Below are positions 36,404-46,003 of a stretch of DNA of 64,000 nucleotides, in pieces. Source of the DNA: a bacterium (GTDB taxonomy: Bacteria; Spirochaetota; Spirochaetia; Sphaerochaetales; Sphaerochaetaceae); NCBI GenBank assembly GCA_031935845.1, contig JAJBWA010000026.1, forward strand, positions 232 through 64,231. The letters run 5' to 3'. The position numbers and the translations under genes were made by a program. The notes under the pieces were generated by a model, which searched no databases, had not been told where the DNA came from, and was given only the letters and a program-made list of their open reading frames with translations. How positions within the stretch are numbered: the stretch's first letter is position 1; the number at the start of each line of letters is the position of its first letter.

Positions 36404-36467
36404 ACGTCGGACGCCTGGTGCGGGAAAAACTGCAAAATGGTGCTGCGTAAAGAAAAAGGAGCGTGAA

Positions 36468-39146
36468 ATGACCGCAGAAGAAGTCAGGAAACTTATCAGC
36501 GAAGATTTATGGCAGGCAACATCAGTCGATTCCGTCGGAGTGAAGGAATTCGGCATTCTCGATGCCGCAGCTGAAAAACTGACGGAAAACGATGACAGGA
36601 TGGAATTCAAGGCACTTTGCGACCAGGCAATGGAAGAAAGCGCAAAACCGTCCATCGCAACAAGCTATCTGGCAACCACCATCGGACGCCATCCGATGGA
36701 TGACAGACATATCTTCCATCTGCTCGAGCAGTACTACATGGCATCGAAGTGGCCGGAGGTCATGTTCCTCGGGAACAAGATCCTCACCTTCACGGAGAGC
36801 CAGTACGCCCTCAAGGTCCTTGCAGAGTGCTATGCAAAGAACAACATGCAGGACAAGAAGATAGAGACATGGGAGCGCCTGATCAAGGTTGATTTCGAGG
36901 AAACCGACGTCCTGTACAAGCTCATCGATTACTTCGAGAAGAAAGGTGACGTGGACGCCACCATCAACTACTGCAGGATCCTTCTCAGAAGACACCTCAA
37001 GAAGCAGGACGTCAACTCCATCATCCTTATCTGGGACAAGATCATTGCCCTCAGGTCCGATAACCCCAAGTACCTCATCGGTCTGGCCGAGAAGATCGCC
37101 GATTCCCTCGGCGGAGACAGAGGTGTCTTTGCCTTCGAGACCATCTACGACAAGGTTGACTGCGACCTCAATGCAAGGATCGACATCCTCAAGAAGATCA
37201 TCCGCTTTGCACCGCATGACAAGATCTCGCGTGACAAGCTGGTGGGACTGTGGAAGGAGAAATACAAGGACAACAGCAGGCTGGACTACTGTCTCAACAC
37301 CACCGGAATCCTGGATGACTATCTGAACATCAACGTGGCTATCGAGAAGTTCGAGAAGCAGATCGGCTTTGTCGAGGGTGCCTTCGTATTCCACGAGACA
37401 TGGAAGCTCGGACAGATTAAGGGCATTGCCAAGGACGACATGAACATCATGTTCGGCAGCAAGGGTCTGCATACAATGAGCTGCCAGATGGCCTACTCCA
37501 GCCTCCGCGTGCTTCCCAAGGGACACATCTGGGTCCTGAAGGTAGCTTTCCCCAAGGAGAAGCTGGCTGAGAGATTCATGGACAAGACCAAGATCGAATG
37601 GGGTCTCAAGGTCCTGCTCACGTCCTTCAACGACCAGGCATCCCTCAAGCAGATGAAGGCAGAGCTGGTTCCGTCTGTTCTGTCGGAATCCCAGTGGGCA
37701 GACTGGCAGGCAGCTGCAAAGAAGGAACTCACGGCCAATCCGTACTTCGGAATCAGCGAGACCGACAGCGATGTCTACGTCCTCAGGTCCACTCCCATAA
37801 CCTATGAGGAGAAGACCTTGGCCCTGTTCAAGGGAAAGAAGGAATTCTATGCCAAGCTCAGGATCCTCAGGGACTTCCTTGCACACAAGGGCGAGACAGA
37901 GAGCGACGAGTTCACGGCCATGATCTCCTACTTCGAGGGCAAGGCCATGGTGACCGATCCCGACGGAACGGCCGCATTCCTTGTACTGGACAACCTCAAG
38001 AACAAGAAGGGAATGTCATTCATCACGCTCAACGGATCCTTCCTTGACTTCTACAACAGGATCGGCGACAAGAGGAAGTTCTTCGAGTCCATCGATGACA
38101 ACGAGGTCAAGAGAAGCTTCATCGAGGAAATCAGGGAGAACGTTGACAAGTGGCTTGACGTCATCGTTACGCTCTACCCCTGCTACATGAACACGTTCAT
38201 GGCCAACGTCATCTCCGCCGGCTCGAAGAAGAGACTCTACAAGATCCTTGCAGACTCCGTGATGACATACCGCGATGATCCGGACTTCTTCATCTACCTT
38301 ACCAACGCATTCTCACTCAAGGAATGGGACAAGGCAAAGGTCAGTGCCGAGACCCTGATGATCACCAAGCTCTCGCTTCTTTCCATCACCAACAAGAAGA
38401 TCGACAACTCGATAGACGTTGCCGACAACAAGAAGAGACAGGCCCTGCTGATGGATGCCCTGTTCAAGAAGGACAAGGAAGTCCAGAACTACCTTGACGC
38501 CGCCGATGAGGCACAGGCACAGAAGCTCTATTCAATCCTCAAGGGAATCCCGGGAATCGAGACCGAGCGCCTTTCCGTCAAGCATACCATCATCAACAGG
38601 TTCAGCAACTACGAAGAAATACTCGGAGAAAAGCCGGACAAGGAAATCGACAGGAAGAAGATAATCCCCACCGGACTGCTGTGCACAAAGGCAATGCTTG
38701 AGGCCAAGAAGCAGGAACTCGACCACATCATGAATGTCGAGATTCCGGAGAATTCCAAGGAAATCGGAACAGCAAGAGCCCTGGGAGACCTTAGGGAGAA
38801 CGCAGAGTACCAGTACGGAAAGGACAAGCAGAAGAACCTGAACTTCCTGATGAACAAGCTTACCGACGAGGTTTCCGCAGCCCAGGTAATCCTGCCGGAG
38901 AACGTGGACCTTCAGTATGTTTCATTCGGAACAAAGGTCACCTTCAGGGACAACAAGACCGGAAAGGACGTGTCATACACACTGTTCGGACCTTGGGAGT
39001 CGGATCCCGCAAGGAACATCCTGAACTTCAAGGCTCCTCTGGGACAGGCCATCTACAACATGGAAGTCGGTGAGACGAAGAAGTTCAACATCAACGGAAT
39101 CGACTACGACTACACGGTCAAGTCCATCGAGCTTGCGGAATTCTGA
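36468..39146 (+). CDS. greA: transcription elongation factor GreA with an N-terminal extension of about 735 aa
   Basis: The C-terminal roughly 155 aa is canonical GreA (ARALGDLRENAEYQYGKDKQ..., FGTKVTF...LFGPWESDP). ATG 36468 is preceded by AGGAG 7 nt upstream. The N-terminal part is helical-repeat-like. Confidence 0.85.
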   Translation: MTAEEVRKLISEDLWQATSVDSVGVKEFGILDAAAEKLTENDDRMEFKALCDQAMEESAKPSIATSYLATTIGRHPMDDRHIFHLLEQYYMASKWPEVMFLGNKILTFTESQYALKVLAECYAKNNMQDKKIETWERLIKVDFEETDVLYKLIDYFEKKGDVDATINYCRILLRRHLKKQDVNSIILIWDKIIALRSDNPKYLIGLAEKIADSLGGDRGVFAFETIYDKVDCDLNARIDILKKIIRFAPHDKISRDKLVGLWKEKYKDNSRLDYCLNTTGILDDYLNINVAIEKFEKQIGFVEGAFVFHETWKLGQIKGIAKDDMNIMFGSKGLHTMSCQMAYSSLRVLPKGHIWVLKVAFPKEKLAERFMDKTKIEWGLKVLLTSFNDQASLKQMKAELVPSVLSESQWADWQAAAKKELTANPYFGISETDSDVYVLRSTPITYEEKTLALFKGKKEFYAKLRILRDFLAHKGETESDEFTAMISYFEGKAMVTDPDGTAAFLVLDNLKNKKGMSFITLNGSFLDFYNRIGDKRKFFESIDDNEVKRSFIEEIRENVDKWLDVIVTLYPCYMNTFMANVISAGSKKRLYKILADSVMTYRDDPDFFIYLTNAFSLKEWDKAKVSAETLMITKLSLLSITNKKIDNSIDVADNKKRQALLMDALFKKDKEVQNYLDAADEAQAQKLYSILKGIPGIETERLSVKHTIINRFSNYEEILGEKPDKEIDRKKIIPTGLLCTKAMLEAKKQELDHIMNVEIPENSKEIGTARALGDLRENAEYQYGKDKQKNLNFLMNKLTDEVSAAQVILPENVDLQYVSFGTKVTFRDNKTGKDVSYTLFGPWESDPARNILNFKAPLGQAIYNMEVGETKKFNINGIDYDYTVKSIELAEF

Positions 39147-39572
39147 TTACTTCAGATTTTCAAGAAGGCAGCGCACCTCAGATCTTACGAAAGGTCTGAG
39201 GTCTTTTTTTGTCCGCTTGCCCTTCCCCGTCAGCTGATCCAGAGGCACCCATTCATACTCGGAGAACTCATCCGGGGCCAGACGGATGCTTTGGTCGAAG
39301 GAATCGACTGCATAGAAGAAAGTGGTCCATCTGAAGAAAGGAACCTTCAGGGTCCAGCTGCATATGAACCGCGAATCCAGCAAATCGAAATCAACTGACA
39401 TTTCCTCCCCCAATTCCCTTTTTGCGGTGAAAAGCTCATCCGGATCTGTCCTGTCCCTGCTGCCTCCGGGAACAGCCCACTTGCCGTGGAACGGTGTGTC
39501 CGAGCGTCTGCCCATGAGCAGACGGCCGTCCTTGACAAGGCCTATGCCGGCTCCGCGATACGGAAAACGCAT
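39147..39572 (-). CDS. NUDIX hydrolase
   Basis: Nudix box GGSRDRTDPDELFTAKRELGEEMSV. The stop abuts the greA stop. Confidence 0.8.
   Translation of the reverse strand: MRFPYRGAGIGLVKDGRLLMGRRSDTPFHGKWAVPGGSRDRTDPDELFTAKRELGEEMSVDFDLLDSRFICSWTLKVPFFRWTTFFYAVDSFDQSIRLAPDEFSEYEWVPLDQLTGKGKRTKKDLRPFVRSEVRCLLENLK
39175..39210 (+). terminator. greA intrinsic terminator embedded in the convergent Nudix CDS
   Basis: ACCTCAGA (39175-39182) pairs with TCTGAGGT (39195-39202), extendable by 2 bp, followed by C plus T7 (39204-39210). Lies 28 nt after the greA stop. Confidence 0.7.
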
Positions 39573-39575
39573 TTC

Positions 39576-40736
39576 TCAGGCCCTCACGCAGCGGCCGTCA
39601 TTGGCATAGAAACGCTTGAGGTAGTCTTCCTTGAATGACTTGAAGCGGTCTTCCTCAATGGCCTTGCGGGCACGGAGGATCAGGTTGTACAGATATGTCA
39701 GGTTGTGTTCCGTAGCCAGCATGCCGCCGAGCATCTCGTTGCACTTGAACATGTGCCTCATATAGGCAAGCGAATACTCGGTACAGGCACGGCATGTGCA
39801 GCCTTCCTGGATGGGGCCGTGGTCGAACTCGTTGAAGGACCTGCTGAGAGTGAGCATTCCGTCATCAGTGAACACGCTTCCGTTGCGGGCGGTACGGGTG
39901 GCAAGGACGCAGTCAAAGAGGTCGATTCCGTTCTCTATGGCCTCAAGGATATAATCCGGAGTACCTATGCCCATTACATAGCGAGGCTTGGTATCCGTGA
40001 TGTTATCTGCAGTCAGTGCAAGGAAATGGCAGAACATCTCCTTGGTCTCTCCAACGGAAAGACCTCCGATTGCAATACCCGGGAAGTCCATGGAACTGAT
40101 TGTCCTGGCGCTCTTTACACGCAGGTCTTCATAGAAACCGCCCTGCACTATTCCGAACAGATTTCCCCTGAATGCGCGGCCGGTAAGGTCCAGCAGGCTG
40201 TCACGCCTGACAATGGCACGTTCGGCCCAGAGATGGGTGATGTCCATGGCGTTCAGAGTCTCCTTCCAGGAGATTCCGGGAGCGCTGCAGACATCAAGCA
40301 TCATGGCAATGTCGGAACCTATTACCTGCTGTATGTCTACTACCTTCTCGGGTGTGAATATATGCCTTGAACCGTCGATGTGGCTCTGGAACCTGACGCC
40401 CTCCTCATGGATCCTGCGGAGCTGACTGAGCGAGAACACCTGGAATCCGCCGCTGTCGGTAAGGATGTTTCCGTTCCAATGGCTGAAGTTGTGAAGTCCG
40501 TCGAATGTCTTCAGGACCTCCACTCCAGGGCGCAGATACAGGTGATATGTGTTGCCCAGAATGAGGTTGTACCCTATTCTGGCCACATCATCATGATGTA
40601 TGCCCTTGACCGTGCCGTTGGTGCCTACGGGCATGAAGGCCGGTGTCTTCACAATGCCGTGCGGGAGCTTGATTTCTCCTGTCCTGGCCTTGCAGTGTGC
40701 ATCCCTGTGGTGTTCCGTATAAATGATATTCTGCAT
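39576..40736 (-). CDS. tgt: queuine tRNA-ribosyltransferase
   Basis: TPAFMPVGT, LTDSGGFQVFSL and Zn motif CTCRACTEYSLAYMRH. ATG 40736 has an AAGGAA SD. The track extension to 40967 overlaps the upstream gene. Confidence 0.92.
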   Translation of the reverse strand: MQNIIYTEHHRDAHCKARTGEIKLPHGIVKTPAFMPVGTNGTVKGIHHDDVARIGYNLILGNTYHLYLRPGVEVLKTFDGLHNFSHWNGNILTDSGGFQVFSLSQLRRIHEEGVRFQSHIDGSRHIFTPEKVVDIQQVIGSDIAMMLDVCSAPGISWKETLNAMDITHLWAERAIVRRDSLLDLTGRAFRGNLFGIVQGGFYEDLRVKSARTISSMDFPGIAIGGLSVGETKEMFCHFLALTADNITDTKPRYVMGIGTPDYILEAIENGIDLFDCVLATRTARNGSVFTDDGMLTLSRSFNEFDHGPIQEGCTCRACTEYSLAYMRHMFKCNEMLGGMLATEHNLTYLYNLILRARKAIEEDRFKSFKEDYLKRFYANDGRCVRA

Positions 40737-40756
40737 TTCAGTTCCTTGAGACACAA

Positions 40757-41857
40757 TCATTGTCTTCTCATGATCAGACCCATGACGGTGGCTATCAGTA
40801 TTATCACAGCAAATGGTATCAGAGTACCCAGCTGAGGTGCAATCACTCCCTGGTCTGCCATCATCACGGTCATCATCTGGACCACGAAATAGACCACGGC
40901 GACACATATCGAACATACTAGGGAGAAGAACAGGACGTTCTTCTTGAACCTGTAGTTTATGCTGCATGCGATCATGATCATGATCAGGGGAGACAGACAG
41001 CTGAACAGCCTCTTGTAATACTCGGTTCCGAGCTTTGCATACTCCTCGGGATTAAGGGTCTTCATCCTGGCCAGATAGGCACGGGCAAGACGCAGCGACA
41101 TCTTGGAAATCTCATTGGATACGTTCCTGAACAGCTGAGGCTCCAGAAGGAGCACCTCATTCCGCTGTGCATCGAAGTGCATGATGTCCACGCCATCTAC
41201 CGTATTTCCTGAGGGTGTATATACATAGGCATCAAAGAAGGTCCACCGTTCCGCTTCCGGATCATACACGGCGCGCCGGGCGTCGGTACGCCGCACCAGC
41301 CGGCCTTCAGGGCTGCTCTCCACCAGGGTGACATTGAACAGAGTCTGATTCGAATCCGAGTATACCAATGCATAGACCATGTATCCGCTCTGCATGTCAC
41401 TGAGCGCTATGTCCTGATTGTTGGATGAGCCCGTGGAATCGGTGACCAGCTGCATCTTCAGATCCTTTTCATTGGTGGACGGTATGGCCACAAGTTCATT
41501 GAAGCCGAAATACAATGCAGACAGCAGTATGGCGAGTATGATCACGGGCCTGAGTATCCGCTGGAAACTCACGCCTGCGTTCAGTACGGCCATTATCTCA
41601 TTGTTGGCATGAAGCATCGACAGGTGGTAGGTCACGGCAAAAAGGAACGAAGGCCCCATTGCAAGCAGGAATGCCTCCGGGAAATAAAGCAGCGTTATGG
41701 ACAGGGCGCGGAGGAAAGTGACGTTGTAACTCATGTATCTGTCCAGATTAGAGAACAGGTCCACACCCATCAACATCAGCGATGCCAGAAGCGATGTGAT
41801 CATTCCTATGCGCAGTATCGAGACAACGGTATATCTGTCCATCACCCTGGCTCTCAT
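40757..41857 (-). CDS. lptG: LptF/LptG-family LPS export permease (second of a pair)
   Basis: YjgP/YjgQ architecture: 3 TM, a periplasmic beta-jellyroll, then 3 TM. ATG 41857 overlaps the upstream stop (ATGA). Confidence 0.75.
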   Translation of the reverse strand: MRARVMDRYTVVSILRIGMITSLLASLMLMGVDLFSNLDRYMSYNVTFLRALSITLLYFPEAFLLAMGPSFLFAVTYHLSMLHANNEIMAVLNAGVSFQRILRPVIILAILLSALYFGFNELVAIPSTNEKDLKMQLVTDSTGSSNNQDIALSDMQSGYMVYALVYSDSNQTLFNVTLVESSPEGRLVRRTDARRAVYDPEAERWTFFDAYVYTPSGNTVDGVDIMHFDAQRNEVLLLEPQLFRNVSNEISKMSLRLARAYLARMKTLNPEEYAKLGTEYYKRLFSCLSPLIMIMIACSINYRFKKNVLFFSLVCSICVAVVYFVVQMMTVMMADQGVIAPQLGTLIPFAVIILIATVMGLIMRRQ

Positions 41858-43119
41858 TTCCTGGTCCTCCAGAGCAGGACAAGTCCTGCGGCAAACACAA
41901 CCAGATTCGGCAGCCACATGAAGACAGCCGGATGAAGAGGACTCTGTATTGCCCTTACATGCATGTAATAGATGAAGAACCAGTATCCGCAGGCCACGAA
42001 CATGGAGAGCGCAAAGCCAAGAAGACGTCCGTTGCGGACCCTGAAGAACGATATCGGGAATGCTATGAAAACCAGGAACGTACACGCCAGGGACAGCGCT
42101 ATCTTCTTCTGAAGCTCACTGCGGTAGTACTGGTAATAGAAACTGAATCCCTGTGCCTGACGTGCGGAAGCAAGGTCGGAAGCCTCTTCCAGTGCATTCC
42201 TGACATCTCCCCCTGTTCCCTGCTCCATTTCATACAGCAGCTCTCCCAGCTCCTGTGCATGATAGCTGATGTTCGACAGCCTCTGTGCCTCTATGGATTC
42301 CTGCTCCGCCAGACGGTCTGCGGCCGCATCCATCAGCTGACGGATGGACATCTGTGAAGGCGTTATGTTAACGAAATCGGATGCCGTAGAACTGAGGTCA
42401 AGATAAAGCGACATCGACGACGCAGATGCAAGGGAATAGCTTTCCAGAGATGAGGAATCAGTGATCATGATCTCGGGATTCTCGAGATCTATCCTGTACA
42501 GGAACCTGTCGATGTCTATAACCGTTATCCGCCCTTCTGAAGCGGAAATCACACGGCTGTCACGGCTGTTGGTGTCATCGAATATCACGACATCGTGGAG
42601 CACGTTCCCCTCCACGACTCCGTTGGAAATTATCCGTTTTCCGAACTTGGTGGAGCTGTAACTGTCGAGTTCCAGCGTAGGCACGCTCTGGAGTATCTTG
42701 GCATAAAGCTCCTTGTACAGCTCGGTGGTATAAGGAATCATCCGGTCGGCAATCATCAGCGTAGCAAATGAGAAAACCATCGAGATCGCCAGGATCGGCA
42801 TGAAGATGTTCCTGATGTGGACTCCGCTGGAACGCAGTGCGAGTATCTCGTTCTGTGAAGAGAGATTGCCTATGACCATGCTTGCGGATGCAAGTGATGA
42901 GAACGGCATTGTGTACATCAGGAACTGCGGGATTGAGAAGATCACCAGCATTATCACGTCCGTGACGTTGACGTTCTTCAGCAGTATCTTCTGGGCAAGA
43001 ACAAGGATCTGGTTCACAAAGAAGATGAAGAAGAAGAACATGAAGGCCACGATGAAGGAAAAGATGTACTCTCTCCCCACATATCTGTATAGCAGCCAGT
43101 AGTTTCCCCTTCTTCTCAT
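41854..43119 (-). CDS. lptF: LptF/LptG-family LPS export permease (first of a pair)
   Basis: MRRRGNYWLLYRYVGREYIFSF... with the same architecture as 40757..41857. Confidence 0.75.
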   Translation of the reverse strand: MRRRGNYWLLYRYVGREYIFSFIVAFMFFFFIFFVNQILVLAQKILLKNVNVTDVIMLVIFSIPQFLMYTMPFSSLASASMVIGNLSSQNEILALRSSGVHIRNIFMPILAISMVFSFATLMIADRMIPYTTELYKELYAKILQSVPTLELDSYSSTKFGKRIISNGVVEGNVLHDVVIFDDTNSRDSRVISASEGRITVIDIDRFLYRIDLENPEIMITDSSSLESYSLASASSMSLYLDLSSTASDFVNITPSQMSIRQLMDAAADRLAEQESIEAQRLSNISYHAQELGELLYEMEQGTGGDVRNALEEASDLASARQAQGFSFYYQYYRSELQKKIALSLACTFLVFIAFPISFFRVRNGRLLGFALSMFVACGYWFFIYYMHVRAIQSPLHPAVFMWLPNLVVFAAGLVLLWRTRK

Positions 43120-43127
43120 AGAGCTTT

Positions 43128-43157
43128 ATTATAACACAACGACAGAAGGTAAGTCAG
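43128..43157 (-). promoter_or_regulatory. candidate promoter CTGACT-N18-TATAAT, 8 nt from the lptF ATG
   Basis: Minus-strand reading gives CTGACT (43157-43152), an 18-nt spacer, TATAAT (43133-43128), then aaagctct and ATG 43119. No SD. Confidence 0.4.
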
Positions 43158-43165
43158 TATCGTGG

Positions 43166-43612
43166 TCAGACTCCCGTGGAGCCGAAACCACCCTCTCCCC
43201 TTGTGGTCTCCTCAAGAGATGTCACCACCTCAAAACCGGCGGTCTCATGTCTTGCAATGACCATCTGTGCTATGCGGTCGCCGTCCTTGATGACGAACGG
43301 AACGTCTGAGTGATTGATGAGAATCACCTTTACCTCGCCCCTGTAGTCCGAATCCACCGTACCCGGGGTATTCAGGACGGTTATGCCGGCTTTGGCTGCA
43401 AGTCCGCTGCGCGGACGCACCTGGGCCTCATAACCCACAGGAAGCGCAATACGGAGGCCGGTAGGCACCAGAGCCCACTTGTGGGGCTCCAGCGTCATCG
43501 ACTCTCCATTACCAAGACAGGCGCAGAGATCTGCGCCTGCCGCCTGGCCGGAGCTGTAGACAGGAAGTCTTGCTCCTTCATTCAACTGTATTTTGACAAT
43601 ACACTTATCCAT
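43166..43612 (-). CDS. dut: dUTP diphosphatase
   Basis: [23 protein letters not shown] and [10 protein letters not shown] motifs. The ATG overlaps the pnp stop by 1 nt. Confidence 0.9.
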   Translation of the reverse strand: MDKCIVKIQLNEGARLPVYSSGQAAGADLCACLGNGESMTLEPHKWALVPTGLRIALPVGYEAQVRPRSGLAAKAGITVLNTPGTVDSDYRGEVKVILINHSDVPFVIKDGDRIAQMVIARHETAGFEVVTSLEETTRGEGGFGSTGV

Positions 43613-45852
43613 CAGTTCTCTTCGTGTCTGGGAGGTCTTGAATCCCTCTTCTCACCTTTGAAGGGCCTTGACGGTCTTCTGTCACGGTCACCGTGCCTGC
43701 TGTCCCTGCGGTCCGAACCCGGGCGTCTCTCGGGAGTCTTGGTCTCTCCGTCGGGATCGATTGCATCGATGTATGAAAGGCTGAGCCTTCCGCCGGTGCG
43801 GTCCACTTCAATCAGCTTGACGGGAATGACCTGGCCGACAGAAAGGACATCGGAGACGTTCTCCACTCTTGTCCTTGCAAGCTTGGAGATGTGGCAGAGG
43901 CCTTCCTTTCCGGGCAGGATCTCGACGAATGCGCCGAAGTCCATGATCCTCTTGACCGTTCCGTTGTAGATCTTGCCGACCTCAGGCTCCTCGATGATGG
44001 CCTTGACCATCTCAAGAGCAGCCTGTGCGCAGGCGGTGTTCTTTCCGTAGATGGTGACTGTTCCGTCATCATCGATGTTGACCTCGGCACCTGTTGCCTG
44101 GGCAATGCCCTTGATGGTCTTTCCGCCGGTTCCGATGACTGCACCGATCTTGTCCTCATCGACCTTTGTGGTGAGGATCTTGGGAGCATACTGGTTGACC
44201 TCAGGTCTGGGACCTGCGAGTGTCTGCTCCATGATGCCCAGGATGTGGTAGCGGCCTTCCTTTGCCTGCTGCAGGGCCTTGCTCATGATTTCGGGCGTGA
44301 CGCCGGCAATCTTGATGTCCATCTGGAAAGCGGTGATTCCGTCGCGTGTTCCGGCAACCTTGAAGTCCATGTCACCAAGGTGATCCTCTTCTCCGAGGAT
44401 ATCGGAAAGGATCTGGTACCTGCTGTAATCGGCACCCTCGGTGATGAGGCCCATTGCAATACCTGCAACCGGCTTGGAAATGGGAACTCCGGCATCCATC
44501 AGAGACAGACATCCGCCGCAGACCGAAGCCATTGAAGAAGAACCGTTTGACTCCATGATCTCGGAGACGACTCTGACTGTGTACGGGAACTCATCCTTAG
44601 CCGGAACGACAGCCTGAAGGGCTCTCTGTGCAAGATGACCGTGTCCGATTTCTCTTCTGCCGGTTGTAAGACGGCCTGTCTCGCCGACTGAATACGGCGG
44701 GAAATTGTAGTGCAGCATGAAGTTGCTGTAGCACTTGTCTCCGTCGATGTCGTCGAACAGCTGCTCGTCCTGGACTGTTCCGAGAGTGGTGACTGCCAGA
44801 GACTGGGTCTCTCCTCTGGTGAACAGTGCGCTTCCGTGTGTCCTTGCCAGGACTCCGACCTCACATGTGATGGGTCTGATCTGGGTGACGGTTCTTCCGT
44901 CGACACGCTTGCCGTCATTGAGAATGCTGGCCCTGAGGATCTCATATGCCAGATCGTCGAAGAGCTTTGAGATCTGCTCTCCGCCTTCATGCTCCACGAT
45001 GAGTTCTGCGAACTTCTCCCTGGTCTCTGCCTCGGCAGCCTTGAGGGCAGCATGCCTTGAGAACTTGCTGTCTCCGAAACTAGCCTTCTCTACCAGCGGT
45101 CTTGCATACTCGCGGATGGGATCCAGCCATGAGAGATCTTCGGTGATCTCCAGGACGGGAAGCTTCTCCTTTCCTGCAAGCTCCCTGAGCTCGAGCTGTG
45201 CATCGCAGAGCTTGGTGATCACGGGCTGGGCAGCTGCAATGGCATCGAGCATGTTCTGCTCGGAAACCTCGTGGGCTCCGCCTTCGACCATCGTGATGCC
45301 CTCACGGGTTCCGGCCACGACGATGTCGAGATCGGACTCTTCGATCTGCTTGAATGTGGGGTTGATGACATATTCACCATCGACAAGAGCCACGCGGACA
45401 CCGGCGATAGGTCCGTTGAACGGAATATCGGAGATGGTGACTGCGGCACTTGCCGCGTTGATTGCGATGATATCAGGTGTGTTGATCTGGTCTGTGGAGA
45501 TGACTGTGGGAACAATCTGGATCTCGCGGCTGAAGGCCTTGTCGAACAGAGGGCGCATCGGACGGTCGATGAGACGGCTTACGAGGATCTCCTTGTCCTT
45601 CGGCTTGGCTTCTCTCTTGAGGAAGCCTCCGGGGATCTTTCCGGCGGCATAGTACTTCTCGTTGTACTCGACTGAGACCGGTACATAATCAAGCGGCTGG
45701 GACGGTGCATCCCCGCAGCAGACTGTGGCAACGACAGCAGAACCGGCATAATGTGCATAGACGGCTCCGTTTGCCTGCTTGGCGATCTTTCCTGTCTCGA
45801 ATACGAGATAATCGTCACCAAGCTTTACTGAAACTTTCTTTACTTCTGACAT
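43612..45852 (-). CDS. pnp: polyribonucleotide nucleotidyltransferase (PNPase) with a basic C-terminal tail
   Basis: Two RNase PH domains, then KH and S1 domains ([20 protein letters not shown]). ATG 45852 has an AAGGAAAG SD. The track extension to 45924 lies in the structured leader. Confidence 0.95.
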   Translation of the reverse strand: MSEVKKVSVKLGDDYLVFETGKIAKQANGAVYAHYAGSAVVATVCCGDAPSQPLDYVPVSVEYNEKYYAAGKIPGGFLKREAKPKDKEILVSRLIDRPMRPLFDKAFSREIQIVPTVISTDQINTPDIIAINAASAAVTISDIPFNGPIAGVRVALVDGEYVINPTFKQIEESDLDIVVAGTREGITMVEGGAHEVSEQNMLDAIAAAQPVITKLCDAQLELRELAGKEKLPVLEITEDLSWLDPIREYARPLVEKASFGDSKFSRHAALKAAEAETREKFAELIVEHEGGEQISKLFDDLAYEILRASILNDGKRVDGRTVTQIRPITCEVGVLARTHGSALFTRGETQSLAVTTLGTVQDEQLFDDIDGDKCYSNFMLHYNFPPYSVGETGRLTTGRREIGHGHLAQRALQAVVPAKDEFPYTVRVVSEIMESNGSSSMASVCGGCLSLMDAGVPISKPVAGIAMGLITEGADYSRYQILSDILGEEDHLGDMDFKVAGTRDGITAFQMDIKIAGVTPEIMSKALQQAKEGRYHILGIMEQTLAGPRPEVNQYAPKILTTKVDEDKIGAVIGTGGKTIKGIAQATGAEVNIDDDGTVTIYGKNTACAQAALEMVKAIIEEPEVGKIYNGTVKRIMDFGAFVEILPGKEGLCHISKLARTRVENVSDVLSVGQVIPVKLIEVDRTGGRLSLSYIDAIDPDGETKTPERRPGSDRRDSRHGDRDRRPSRPFKGEKRDSRPPRHEEN

Positions 45853-45907
45853 TTTCTTTCCTTTTTCTTTCTTTTCTTCTTTTTTGTTCTTTGTTCCAAC
45901 TTGTTCC

Positions 45908-45945
45908 GTCACAAAAAGTTGCATGCCGCAGCAACTTGTGGTGAC
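45908..45945 (-). promoter_or_regulatory. long imperfect hairpin in the pnp leader (candidate RNase III site)
   Basis: Arms at 45908-45922 and 45931-45945 form 13 of 15 possible pairs around an 8-nt loop. Confidence 0.45.
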
Positions 45946-45975
45946 CGGAATCCGGGAACAGTCTGCAAGACATAC

Positions 45976-46003
45976 TCAAGGCTCCGTGTTACCGGAGCCT
46001 TGA
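45976..46003 (-). terminator. rpsO-distal stem-loop (partial terminator or processing site)
   Basis: 11-bp perfect stem (45976-45986 with 45993-46003) and a 6-nt loop, 9 nt after the rpsO stop. Followed by GUAUGUCUUGC rather than a clean U-tract. Confidence 0.5.

Noticed and set aside
36213-36467. An in-frame extension of greA of up to 85 codons (TTG 36213 or ATG 36273) that would turn the leader into coding sequence.
   Set aside because: The extension is highly basic, Cys-rich and non-protein-like (KWCCVKKKERE). It contains a strong terminator hairpin. ATG 36468 has a well-spaced AGGAG. The open frame is noted, but the upstream start is considered unlikely.
36522-37886. A 454-aa ORF antisense to the greA N-terminal region. 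Similar long antisense ORFs occur at 48478..50013 (511 aa, opposite infB), 16253..17449 (398 aa, spanning the hisS/hrpA junction), 26030..26992 (opposite ileS), 55568..56629 (opposite mutS), 15041..15706 and 30..656.
   Set aside because: All lie opposite genes with unmistakable family motifs. Their translations are Leu/Val/Asp/Gly/His-rich with no motifs. The sense genes rarely use TTA, CTA or TCA codons, which removes stop codons from the mirror frame. They lack SDs or promoters of their own. I treat them as codon-bias artefacts.
40737-40967. N-terminal extensions in the ORF track for tgt (to 40967), and likewise for lptG (to 42085), pnp (to 45924), ftsY (to 9505), the mtnA-like gene (to 54254), bamA (to 60061) and the FtsB-like gene (to 2439).
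   Set aside because: Each extension overlaps the upstream gene or a structured leader and translates to low-complexity or odd sequence. In each case an internal ATG with an SD coincides with the conserved family N-terminus.
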